Source of the DNA: a virus
Taxonomy: Duplodnaviria > Caudoviricetes
Reading direction: 5' to 3' (one strand)
Virus record (IMG/VR): IMGVR_UViG_3300033076_001468
Location: 1-34,634 of that record
DNA length: 34,634 nt
The stretch's first letter is position 1; the number at the start of each line of letters is the position of its first letter. Position numbers and translations under genes: made by a program. Below the pieces are notes generated by a model. That model did no database searches, was not told the origin of the DNA, and worked only from the letters and a program-made list of their open reading frames with translations. This document shows, one piece after another, positions 7,870 to 16,317 of the stretch.

Positions 7870-7918
7870 TTGACAAGATTAAAATTTTCTTTATGTTGTA
7901 AAGTAAAATGTTTACTTT
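7870..7918 (+). promoter_or_regulatory. Sigma-70-like promoter with downstream dyad before the portal gene
   Basis: TTGACA (7870-7875), 16 bp, TATGTT (7892-7897); dyad AAAGTAAA-ATG-TTTACTTT at 7900-7918. Confidence 0.5.
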
Positions 7919-7924
7919 GCATTT

Positions 7925-10096
7925 ATGTCGACAGATATAGAGATTCGTGGCGAGTTTTTAGAGAATTATCGGTATGCCCATGACTTTTGGGCTCCCTTTG
8001 TAAAAGATGCGCAGGTTTATACGCTTGCGGCATCTGGTTATACGTGGAGTGATGAAGAGCGCAAGATATTAATCAAAGAAGGCAGAGAGCCTCTTGAATT
8101 AAATATCATGCGCAGACCTCTCCAGTTCTTTTCGGGCTATCTTAGGGATAATATCAATGAGATTATCTATTCACCGATGGAGGGATCGGATAAAGAAACT
8201 GCGGATCAGTTTACAAAGCTTTCTTACTATATTTGGGATAAGGGGCATGGATTTCCCGTATTTTTAGATGCGTGTGACGAGGCTTTTAAATCGGGTATTT
8301 CTCTTTGCGGCATCCAAATGGATTACACCAAGGATTTCGTTAATGGGGATATTTCCTTTTACAAGCGATGCTACAATCAATTTTATCTTGATCCTACCTT
8401 TACCGAGATTTCGCTTAAGGATTGTTCTTTTGCTATTACTCGCGATCTTATTGACAAGCAGTATGCAAAGCAGCTTTTGCCCTATATTCCGCCAGAAGAG
8501 ATCGATCAGCTTTCCATGGGATACAGGGATGACAAGTTTCTGCAATATCACCCTGAATTTACCACATTCTCTCGAAATCGAAACTTAATCGCCTACGATC
8601 AGTATTACAAGCGTGTCACGAGAAAGAGAAAATTTCTCATAGACATGCGTTCTAATTATTACCGAGATATAACGGATTTATCAGACGAGGAGATTCGCAA
8701 GCTTAAGATGGGAATTAAGCGTTTGCGCGAGCTTCGTCGTGATGCTGATGAGCTTGGCATTGATGAAAACGAAATTCCCGATGTTGAGATTCGCGACGTT
8801 GACAGGTCTTTCATTGAGTTGAATGTGCTTCTCAATGGTCATCGTATGTTTGTTGGTGATGATAAAACGGGAATTAATCAGACCTATCCATTTGTTCCAA
8901 TCATTTGTTATATGGAGCCATCTATTTGGATGCCTTCACAGCGTATCCAGGGGATAGCTTCTTGCAATTGGTCGGCTCAGCGTCAGTTTAATAAGCGCCA
9001 CATGAAGATCGTCGACATGATGGATTCGGATATTTCGACTGGTTTCAAATATATGATCGGGTCAGTTGCAGACCCATCTGATCTTCAACAATCGGGACAA
9101 AACAAAATTATTGGTATTGATCCAGAAAATGCACCCGCAGGCATGGATTCTGTTCAGCAGCTCAATGGCGGAGGAGCAAATCCAGCATTGATCCAGTATC
9201 AGCAGGTGCTCGATCAACTGACGCTCACTCTTTCTAACGTAACAGAGTCTTCACTTGGGATTGATGAGAAAGGAAATACGCAAGTTTCTGGTCGTTTAGC
9301 GCAGGTTCGCATTGCTCAAGGTCTTCGTGGAAATAGAAAGATTTTTGACAACGTTGAAACATCTCAGCAGCTTCTCGGGGGACTTATTCTTACAGCCATC
9401 CAAGAAAATTATTCTCCTGGGAAAGTGGAACGCATTCTCAATGAAAAGCCGACAGATCAATTTTATGAAAGAGAATTTGAGCAATACAACGCAGTGATTA
9501 AAGAGGGCGTGCGCTCCAAGTCTCAGCAAGATGCTTACTACTATGAGTTGGTTCAGCTTAAGAAAGATGGCGTCGTCAATGTTCCTGAGCCTGAAATTGT
9601 CCGCGCACTTTCGATGTCTGGCATTCAGGATCTTGAAAAAGCTATCGAATCTCAATCGCAGATGGTTTCGGCAAAGGCTGCGCAAGCTATGGAAGCAGAA
9701 AAACTCAAAATGGAAGTTCTCAACGCGACAAAAGAAGAAAAACTGGGTCTTGCGAAGGAAAGAGAGTCTCGCGTTGCAAGCAATTTATCACTCAAAGACG
9801 AAAGAGAATCCGAGGCGCAGCAAAATATTGCTCAGGCTGCCTTGGATCGAGCGAGAGCTATCACGGAAATTGCGAAGCTTAATGAAGATCGCATCATGAA
9901 GGTTCTTGAATTCGTGAATGCTCTTGAAAAAGAAGAAGCGGTTGGAAGAGAGGCGCAAAAAGCGCAAGTAAGCAATCAAGCCGACCAGATTTATCACGAC
10001 GTGGACACATCCTACGATCGTTCGCAGGCTGTTGACCAGATGAGTCAGGCGCAAGATCAACAAAGCATTATGCAGCATGTAAACCAAGGGGGATAA
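7925..10096 (+). CDS. Portal protein, P22-like
   Basis: 723 aa after terL; W...ER..L...GR.PL..N motif, YPFVPII, QRQFNKR, SGRLAQVRIAQG, long C-terminal coiled-coil barrel. Confidence 0.9.
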   Translation: MSTDIEIRGEFLENYRYAHDFWAPFVKDAQVYTLAASGYTWSDEERKILIKEGREPLELNIMRRPLQFFSGYLRDNINEIIYSPMEGSDKETADQFTKLSYYIWDKGHGFPVFLDACDEAFKSGISLCGIQMDYTKDFVNGDISFYKRCYNQFYLDPTFTEISLKDCSFAITRDLIDKQYAKQLLPYIPPEEIDQLSMGYRDDKFLQYHPEFTTFSRNRNLIAYDQYYKRVTRKRKFLIDMRSNYYRDITDLSDEEIRKLKMGIKRLRELRRDADELGIDENEIPDVEIRDVDRSFIELNVLLNGHRMFVGDDKTGINQTYPFVPIICYMEPSIWMPSQRIQGIASCNWSAQRQFNKRHMKIVDMMDSDISTGFKYMIGSVADPSDLQQSGQNKIIGIDPENAPAGMDSVQQLNGGGANPALIQYQQVLDQLTLTLSNVTESSLGIDEKGNTQVSGRLAQVRIAQGLRGNRKIFDNVETSQQLLGGLILTAIQENYSPGKVERILNEKPTDQFYEREFEQYNAVIKEGVRSKSQQDAYYYELVQLKKDGVVNVPEPEIVRALSMSGIQDLEKAIESQSQMVSAKAAQAMEAEKLKMEVLNATKEEKLGLAKERESRVASNLSLKDERESEAQQNIAQAALDRARAITEIAKLNEDRIMKVLEFVNALEKEEAVGREAQKAQVSNQADQIYHDVDTSYDRSQAVDQMSQAQDQQSIMQHVNQGG

Positions 10097-10097
10097 C

Positions 10098-10310
10098 ATG
10101 GCAAAGATGAGTGGAAAAGGCATGGGTGGTTCGCCATTCATGAACAATGGTAAAGGGATGTGTTCTTATAAAGACAATCCTATGCCAAAAGCCGCTGAAA
10201 CTTCTCGTCGTTGTGGCCCAGGAATGAACGCGGATCAGCGTAAGGCTGATAAGCTTCTCCAGAAGGCTCACAAAGATTGGGATTCACTTCGCGGAAAGAG
10301 TGGGATGTAA
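10098..10310 (+). CDS. Small basic Gly/Met/Lys-rich protein
   Basis: GGGGA RBS; located in the head operon. Confidence 0.65.
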   Translation: MAKMSGKGMGGSPFMNNGKGMCSYKDNPMPKAAETSRRCGPGMNADQRKADKLLQKAHKDWDSLRGKSGM

Positions 10311-10312
10311 GA

Positions 10313-10699
10313 ATGCAATCAAACTTGCTGGAAGATCCTAAGTCGGGGCTTTTACTTCCTCGTCAATTTATTGATGAGAAGGTTGCCCTAAAAAAGGTGA
10401 TAGATCGTGTTATTGACGATGCTGTTTTAGCTAACCAGCACATTCAAGAGACGTACTATCTTTCTATCCATGCAAAGTTTGACAAGCATGATCCCACAAA
10501 GTTTGTCGTGAGTCAGCCAGTAATAACATATCGCTTACCTCCTTTTCTATCTAATCAGATGGTTTTTTGGGTAAGTAATAAGAAAGGGATATGTGAGCTA
10601 CTTTGGGTTGTGACTCGAGGAACAAACAAAAAGCTCAAAGTTGAGTTTAATAAAGATGGTGTCGCCTACCTACAAGCAAAGGGCGCAATGCCTTCGTGA
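10313..10699 (+). CDS. Hypothetical head-module protein (start reassigned to ATG 10313)
   Basis: ATG directly after the previous stop; 128 aa. Confidence 0.7.
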   Translation: MQSNLLEDPKSGLLLPRQFIDEKVALKKVIDRVIDDAVLANQHIQETYYLSIHAKFDKHDPTKFVVSQPVITYRLPPFLSNQMVFWVSNKKGICELLWVVTRGTNKKLKVEFNKDGVAYLQAKGAMPS

Positions 10700-10732
10700 A
10701 GGGCTATTTCACGCTAAAAATACGGAGTATTA

Positions 10733-11389
10733 ATGGAAAACGAAGTTGAGGAAGCCGTAGAGCCTCACATTGAGGAGATTGTTGAAGAAGCAGTGGTCGA
10801 TCAGGCTGTTGATTCTGATGAATCTGTTCAAGAAACTGCTGAGAAGCCAAAGAAAACGATGGTTCCTTTGTCTGCTTTGCAGAAAGAAAGAGAGAAAAAG
10901 AAAGAGCTTGAATTAGAGCTTGCTTATGAGCGTCGCATGAATCAACAGCGTGCGCAACAAGCGGCTCCGCAGCAAGAGGATGATGCTTCTCGTTATGAGT
11001 CTGCGACTCGTGAAGAGGTGATGGCCTCTCAAGCTCAAACCATTCGTGCCGTAGAAGAAAGGATCTGGATTAGGCAGAATCCCGAAAAATACGAACGCGT
11101 GATGGGAGAATTGTCAACATTTTTAAAACAAAGACCTAATCTCGCGAGGGCTATCGAAGAGTCTCCAAACAGATACGAAGAGGCATATACGCTTATGGAT
11201 GCACTAACGGCTAAACAGCAGATGCAATTAAAAAAAGACTCCGTGCCGCAGGAAAAAAAGAAACCTGCGCCCAATTCTCCTAGCGGAGTCCCCAAGGCTG
11301 CTGCTTTAAATGATGCCGTGGATCTTATGAGCATGTCTGACTCTGAGTTCGCTGCTTGGAGAAAGTCGAAGCAAAAAGCTCGCAGATAG
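10733..11389 (+). CDS. Capsid scaffolding protein
   Basis: Acidic N-terminus, MVPLSALQKEREK coiled coil, C-terminal MSDSEFAAWRK; directly upstream of the capsid gene. Confidence 0.8.
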   Translation: MENEVEEAVEPHIEEIVEEAVVDQAVDSDESVQETAEKPKKTMVPLSALQKEREKKKELELELAYERRMNQQRAQQAAPQQEDDASRYESATREEVMASQAQTIRAVEERIWIRQNPEKYERVMGELSTFLKQRPNLARAIEESPNRYEEAYTLMDALTAKQQMQLKKDSVPQEKKKPAPNSPSGVPKAAALNDAVDLMSMSDSEFAAWRKSKQKARR

Positions 11390-11403
11390 GCTGAAGGAAA
11401 ACT

Positions 11404-12336
11404 ATGTCAGTAACTACAACATCAGGCTATGGCTCGATGTCTGACCGCTGGGCGCATAGAGCCTTGCTTCAGAGATCTAAGCCTCGTTGTGTTCATAATC
11501 TCTTTGGACGTGCGTTTACGCTTCCCCAAAAGAATACGGACACTATGGCCTTTAGAAGACAGGAAAACTTAAATTCTGATCCTGTCGTGCTTTCTCAAGA
11601 TGCTGATCCAGCACCAGAGCAGGTACAAAAATTCGATATTAACGTAACGATCCAGGAATTCGGCAAGGTCGTTCTTCTGGGTAGAAAAGTGCTTCTCGTC
11701 GTCGAGGATGACACAGCTTCTGAAACAGCGGATAACCTTTCACAGTGTATGCACACTATGCTAGACAAGGTTACACGCGATGTTTGGGATGCTTCTGTTC
11801 CTCAGATTTCATGTCTAAACGGAGCTAATGGTAACGCAATTACCGAGCTTACACAGGCTGATATCAATCGAGCTATTCAATATCTCGATGATAACGATAC
11901 TGAGAAGATGACCCCTACCATTGAAGGAACATCACGCTTTGGTACAGGGCCCGTGGAGCCTGGTTTTTGGGTTACTGCACACGTTAACCTCAAGCCAGAT
12001 ATTCGAAACATTGACTCCTTTGTTCCAACTTCTCAATACGGTTCTCAAGAGCCTGTATTGCAAGCTGAGTTTGGTGCAACGGATGAAGCTCGCTGGGTAA
12101 CATCTACACTCGTTAAGTATTCTGCGACAAATCCTGTCGTTTACAACAACACTTTCGTTGGAGCAAACGCTTATGGTTATGTCGGATTGGATGAAGTTTC
12201 TACAGAGATGATCTTGAAACCTCTTGGTTTTAATGATTATCTCAATAGATTCCAGTCTATGGGCTTCACAGCATGGTTCAATGCAGCCATTCTGGATGAT
12301 TCCCACATCGTAACTCTTTTATCAACTAAAGGTTAA
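11404..12336 (+). CDS. Major capsid protein (N4-gp56-like HK97 fold)
   Basis: LPQKNTDTMAFRR, DINVTIQEFG, EFGATDEARWV, VVYNNTFVGANAYG patterns; size and position fit. Confidence 0.88.
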   Translation: MSVTTTSGYGSMSDRWAHRALLQRSKPRCVHNLFGRAFTLPQKNTDTMAFRRQENLNSDPVVLSQDADPAPEQVQKFDINVTIQEFGKVVLLGRKVLLVVEDDTASETADNLSQCMHTMLDKVTRDVWDASVPQISCLNGANGNAITELTQADINRAIQYLDDNDTEKMTPTIEGTSRFGTGPVEPGFWVTAHVNLKPDIRNIDSFVPTSQYGSQEPVLQAEFGATDEARWVTSTLVKYSATNPVVYNNTFVGANAYGYVGLDEVSTEMILKPLGFNDYLNRFQSMGFTAWFNAAILDDSHIVTLLSTKG

Positions 12337-12351
12337 GGGAGGGAACATATC

Positions 12352-13119
12352 ATGGCTGATCTATTTTTAGGACAAACATGCACAGAGGCCTTTCAGTTTA
12401 TTTCTGCTGGTAATGCCCATACTTTTACATTCAACTTCCAGCCTGACAAAGTTGTTTTTAACAACTTGACTCAGTGGACGGCGACAGCTGCTAAGATTCC
12501 TAGATCTGTATGGTTCAGAAATCTGACAACTGCCGCATATGCTTATCAGGAAAAAGTTATTGAAGATTCTGGTGCTGCCAATATCTTCAACTTCCTGCAA
12601 GCATCTTCCAATGGATTTACCGTAGCAGATACTTCGGGCGGCCCGAACAGTTGTCATGCGACAATTTCAAATATCACTGCAGCTGATCCATGCGTTATTA
12701 CGCATAGCACATTCACTTTCCAAACAAATCAGATCGTTCGTCTGACGGATCTTGGAAATTGTGGTGCAGTGGATCACGGGATGTCTGAGCTGAACAACAA
12801 TCGCTATAAGATTGTCGTTCTCTCTTCGACAACTTTCAGCTTGAAAGACGTGATTACTGGCGAGCCTATCGACTCATCGGCATTTGATGCTTATGTGAGC
12901 GGTGGCCGTATTACACTTGAAACAAACGTCATTAGTTTGAACAACCCACAAGTGTATCCTTATTCGAATTCCTCTCCGTATGACCCAAATCCATATGTGT
13001 ACAATCCAATCACATATGAATTAACTGCTGGAACATCAGTTATGGGCGCAAACGCAGACGTATTCTTTATTGAGGTTTATAAGTTTGGACAAATTACTGA
13101 TCTCGGTCAGTTGAGCTAA
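12352..13119 (+). CDS. Virion protein with E1-FCCH-like beta domain (decoration/head-associated)
   Basis: FNFQPDKV N-terminus; ISNITAADPCVIT...GMSELNN...TTFSL...IDSSAFDAYVSGG. Confidence 0.7.
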   Translation: MADLFLGQTCTEAFQFISAGNAHTFTFNFQPDKVVFNNLTQWTATAAKIPRSVWFRNLTTAAYAYQEKVIEDSGAANIFNFLQASSNGFTVADTSGGPNSCHATISNITAADPCVITHSTFTFQTNQIVRLTDLGNCGAVDHGMSELNNNRYKIVVLSSTTFSLKDVITGEPIDSSAFDAYVSGGRITLETNVISLNNPQVYPYSNSSPYDPNPYVYNPITYELTAGTSVMGANADVFFIEVYKFGQITDLGQLS

Positions 13120-13137
13120 TGTAAAGCGGCTTTACAT
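13119..13137. promoter_or_regulatory. Perfect 19-bp dyad ATGTAAAGCGGCTTTACAT
   Basis: Fills the intergenic gap between the two FCCH-like genes. Confidence 0.55.
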
Positions 13138-13140
13138 CGT

Positions 13141-13470
13141 ATGGGACAAACACCGCGTCGATCGAACATCTTGGGGATAACAAATGCACTTCCCTGCGTT
13201 GTTTCGATCGATGTAAATCCAGGATATGTGACGGGCAACTTTGTCCGTCTCACGGATTTAAACGGCGCAATGCCGATCCCTCGCGGTGAAGATCCGCTAA
13301 ACAATTATAGGTGGAAGATCGTGCTTCTTACAGATACAACATTTTCGTTGAAGCATCCCGTTACGGATGTGCCTGTAGATTCCACGAATTTTCCACCTTA
13401 CGTCACAGGAGGCTATTGCAACCTCGTTGACGACAACTTTTTTTATCATAATCCTGATGGAGATGAATGA
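13141..13470 (+). CDS. Stand-alone E1-FCCH-like domain protein
   Basis: ILGITNALPCVV...VRLTDL...LNNYRWKIVLLTDTTFSLK...VDSTNFPPYVTGG; paralogous to the domain in 12352-13119. Confidence 0.7.
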   Translation: MGQTPRRSNILGITNALPCVVSIDVNPGYVTGNFVRLTDLNGAMPIPRGEDPLNNYRWKIVLLTDTTFSLKHPVTDVPVDSTNFPPYVTGGYCNLVDDNFFYHNPDGDE

Positions 13471-13473
13471 CCT

Positions 13474-13920
13474 ATGGCTAAAAATGATCTAATGGAGAAA
13501 AAACTTAAAGAAGTTGAAGGGGAGCTTGCAATTGAAGATATGCCCTTAAACACATTGAGAGACTACCGTCTTTATAATGAGGCTGCAAGAAAAGCTAACA
13601 AAAAGCTGGGAGTCTGCCGTTATAAAATCCAACAATGCCCAGAAGAATTACATCCAAAGCAGAGGGTGAAGTTTGGAAACAACGATAAGTCGCTGCATCC
13701 TGTTCCTGTATATCTCAGCAATGATCTAATTCATTATAACAAAAAATTGACCCCTGGACAAGTTTACGATCTTCCTGAGTGTATCGTTCATTATCTTGCC
13801 GAAAAGGGTTATCCAGTCTGGGATTGGGTGAATCTTGCGGATGGATCTAAAGAAACACGCATGGTCGGAAAGCGTCCACGCTTTAGTTTAACAACTGTTT
13901 ATGCTGGCGGAGAATACTAA
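13474..13920 (+). CDS. Hypothetical protein, late module
   Basis: 148-aa ORF coupled to the next gene. Confidence 0.75.
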   Translation: MAKNDLMEKKLKEVEGELAIEDMPLNTLRDYRLYNEAARKANKKLGVCRYKIQQCPEELHPKQRVKFGNNDKSLHPVPVYLSNDLIHYNKKLTPGQVYDLPECIVHYLAEKGYPVWDWVNLADGSKETRMVGKRPRFSLTTVYAGGEY

Positions 13921-14618
13921 TGGCAACAGGGGAAAGACTGGTAAGTGATGTTTTATCGTTGATGCGCGTGATTCTTGGTCGTCGTAATGAAAACGACCCT
14001 GATGCAAGCGATGACATAATGTTTCGTTATCTCAACGACTTCGTTAGCTTATCTATGCCAAATGATACAAAGCTTTTCGAAAGTTTTGGTACTTTGTCTT
14101 TCTCTATTGACGAAACCAATCCAACGGGTGTTTACACATTTAATGATGTGGGTGCCGATCATGACTTCATTAACACATCTCTAGAGTGTTTTATTTCTTT
14201 ACGCGATCCCGTTGGGAGCTCAGTATCGTGGAATTGGCTTCCAGTTTATCAAGATCCTGGGGAGTTTTATGCAATCTGGGGGATAAACAATGAAGATATT
14301 TTGATCAGGGGCTATCCGACAGGGATGCTTTATTACGGAACGGAGTTTGTTTTTCGTACTCTTCCAAATACCGCTTATCTTATCAAAATGTATGGATATA
14401 AGAAAAATAGTGATTATGGCGACAAAGACGAGCCTTTACAGTTTGATTATTGGCTTCGTTATCTGGCTTATGGCGCATCAATGAACTATGCCAGGGATTA
14501 TCGTTATGCTCCCGACGCAAGATCGTTAATTGAATCATCTTTCAAGAGTGAAAGAAAGCTTCAATTAACGCATGCACACAATCAAGTTAAGAATTCGCGT
14601 GCAGCCCCAAGATTTTAA
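13920..14618 (+). CDS. Head-tail adaptor (P22 gp4/T7 gp11-like position)
   Basis: N-terminal helices (RYLNDFV), GYPTGMLYY...FRTLPNTAY, WLRYLAYGAS C-terminal helix. Confidence 0.65.
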   Translation: MATGERLVSDVLSLMRVILGRRNENDPDASDDIMFRYLNDFVSLSMPNDTKLFESFGTLSFSIDETNPTGVYTFNDVGADHDFINTSLECFISLRDPVGSSVSWNWLPVYQDPGEFYAIWGINNEDILIRGYPTGMLYYGTEFVFRTLPNTAYLIKMYGYKKNSDYGDKDEPLQFDYWLRYLAYGASMNYARDYRYAPDARSLIESSFKSERKLQLTHAHNQVKNSRAAPRF

Positions 14619-14627
14619 GGTAAAATT

Positions 14628-14786
14628 ATGCCCCTAGTAAAAGGAAAAAGCCAAAAGGCGATTAGACAAAACATAGAGACTGAAATGAAAGTTGGAGGAC
14701 GACCGCAAAAACAAGCGGTTGCCATTGCCCTCAATGAGGCAAGAAAGTCTGGATATAAACCCAAAAAGAAAAAAGGTAAGAAATAA
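14628..14786 (+). CDS. Small basic phage protein (52 aa, MPLVKGKSQKAIRQNIETEM...QKQAVAIALNEAR)
   Basis: Translated by hand (below the ORF-track cutoff); the QAVAIAL motif is common in phage head regions; TAATG coupling to the next gene. Confidence 0.75.
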   Translation: MPLVKGKSQKAIRQNIETEMKVGGRPQKQAVAIALNEARKSGYKPKKKKGKK

Positions 14787-14992
14787 TGGCTAAAAGAAAA
14801 GCAGTCAGTGGATGTGACTACGCTGAAGATGATGAAGATTACATCAAAAAACAGCGTCAAGCAGCGAGAAAGCAGATGAAGACAGCTGGTATCGCTAAAA
14901 ATCTTAAGAAGGCTGAGAAGCAAGAGGGATATTCGAAAAAGCCCCGCGTCAAAGCTCAGAAAAAAACAGCAAAACTCACAAAGGTGTACTAA
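14786..14992 (+). CDS. Small Lys-rich protein
   Basis: Coupled TAATG overlaps on both sides. Confidence 0.65.
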   Translation: MAKRKAVSGCDYAEDDEDYIKKQRQAARKQMKTAGIAKNLKKAEKQEGYSKKPRVKAQKKTAKLTKVY

Positions 14993-15204
14993 TGAAAGCC
15001 AAAGAAAAAAAGACAATTCTTTCTCATTTGAAAAAAGACGATAAAGAATTTCGCGGTCAAATTAAAGACGATATGGAACTGAAGGCAAAACTTCTTGGAA
15101 AAAAGAAAAAGAAAAAATCTAAAGAAGCGATGCACGAAAAGAAGGAAGGAAAACGTTACGAGCGCATGGAAGACAAAAAAGAAAAGAAAAAGGAACGAAA
15201 ATAA
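14992..15204 (+). CDS. Small highly charged Lys/Glu-rich protein
   Basis: Coupled TAATG overlaps; poly-Lys runs. Confidence 0.65.
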   Translation: MKAKEKKTILSHLKKDDKEFRGQIKDDMELKAKLLGKKKKKKSKEAMHEKKEGKRYERMEDKKEKKKERK

Positions 15205-15398
15205 TGAATGCGATTGAACTTTCAGTATGTATCAAAACAGAGGGGAAAAAACTCACAAAAAAGTTCGACATTTTTGATGAGTTTCAACTCGACGTTAACG
15301 ATCCGATCATACAAAAACATTTAGAAGAAACGCGCAATGAATTTGGCGATCGTGATAAAAAAAAGAATACTACTATTACCGCTAAATTAGAATTATGA
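15204..15398 (+). CDS. Small hypothetical protein
   Basis: Coupled to the previous gene. Confidence 0.6.
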   Translation: MNAIELSVCIKTEGKKLTKKFDIFDEFQLDVNDPIIQKHLEETRNEFGDRDKKKNTTITAKLEL

Positions 15399-15470
15399 TG
15401 GTTCAGCCCGATGTTGAATGGGATGAGCGGTTGTTTGACTCGATAAAATCCGCTTTGAGGAGCATTAAAG

Positions 15471-15656
15471 ATGGCAAAAGAAATGTGGATAGCAGGGGCG
15501 ATAAAAAAGCCTGGAAGTCTAAGAAAAAGCTTAGGAGTAAAAAAGGGAGAAAAAATCCCTGAAAAGAAGCTTAAAAAAGCTGAGAAATCTAAGAACCCAA
15601 AGACTAGAAAGCGTGCTATCTTGGCAGAAACATTAAAAAAATTTCACAAGAAGTAG
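15471..15656 (+). CDS. Small Lys-rich protein (WIAGAIKKPGSLRKSLGVKKGEKIP)
   Basis: GAGGAG RBS; recognisable basic phage micro-protein pattern. Confidence 0.75.
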   Translation: MAKEMWIAGAIKKPGSLRKSLGVKKGEKIPEKKLKKAEKSKNPKTRKRAILAETLKKFHKK

Positions 15657-15663
15657 GTAATTT

Positions 15664-16317
15664 ATGCCGTGGAATTCAACATGGCCCATAGGCGGAATTT
15701 CCGTTAAAGCCAACCGCACTGCTGGTAATCAAAATACGACCTACATTGAAACAACGATGGGTAATGATATTGTGGGGACAAATACCGTCACAATGCGCGA
15801 TCATTTCTGGAATGTTGGTTCTAATGAAGATGGGCGTCATCGCATGATCCAATCTCCCGCGTTTACTGTTGGGGGGAATCCTGAAGACCCTGTTGTAGGC
15901 ACGGGTATGGACGCTGTTTTGTATGCAAAAACAATTTTAGACTCGGTTCAATGGTTTACAAGAAATGCATCGACGATTTTTCAAGCGACACCAGGTTATT
16001 ACTCTGGGACGGTTACCATCTCCTCATCTTCAAGCTACACGGCCGTTAAAACTGTGCCAGCAAATTGCTATGGTGAGATCTTTCTTTACACGACGGCTAC
16101 GGGAAAATATTCAACGCAATGGGGTTGGTTTAGGTCGGATGTTTCTACGGTTGAAGCCTGGTCGAATAGAACAGTTGTTCAAGGCTCAGGCAACAGCGTT
16201 TCTGCGGTTAAATTTGGTAATGGTTCCGAAGCATCTGGGCTTACAATACAGGCGCGTGCGGACGATGCGTCGAGTGGACAGACCTGGAATTATAAGATCT
16301 TTTATCGGGCACTTTAA
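15664..16317 (+). CDS. Putative tail/virion structural protein
   Basis: Thr/Ser/Gly-rich beta protein located between adaptor and nozzle. Confidence 0.6.
   Translation: MPWNSTWPIGGISVKANRTAGNQNTTYIETTMGNDIVGTNTVTMRDHFWNVGSNEDGRHRMIQSPAFTVGGNPEDPVVGTGMDAVLYAKTILDSVQWFTRNASTIFQATPGYYSGTVTISSSSSYTAVKTVPANCYGEIFLYTTATGKYSTQWGWFRSDVSTVEAWSNRTVVQGSGNSVSAVKFGNGSEASGLTIQARADDASSGQTWNYKIFYRAL

Noticed and set aside
15395-15562. 55-codon ORF starting at the ATGA overlap after 15204-15398
   Set aside because: More than half overlaps the better-supported 15471-15656 gene in another frame; it cannot be supported without homologs.
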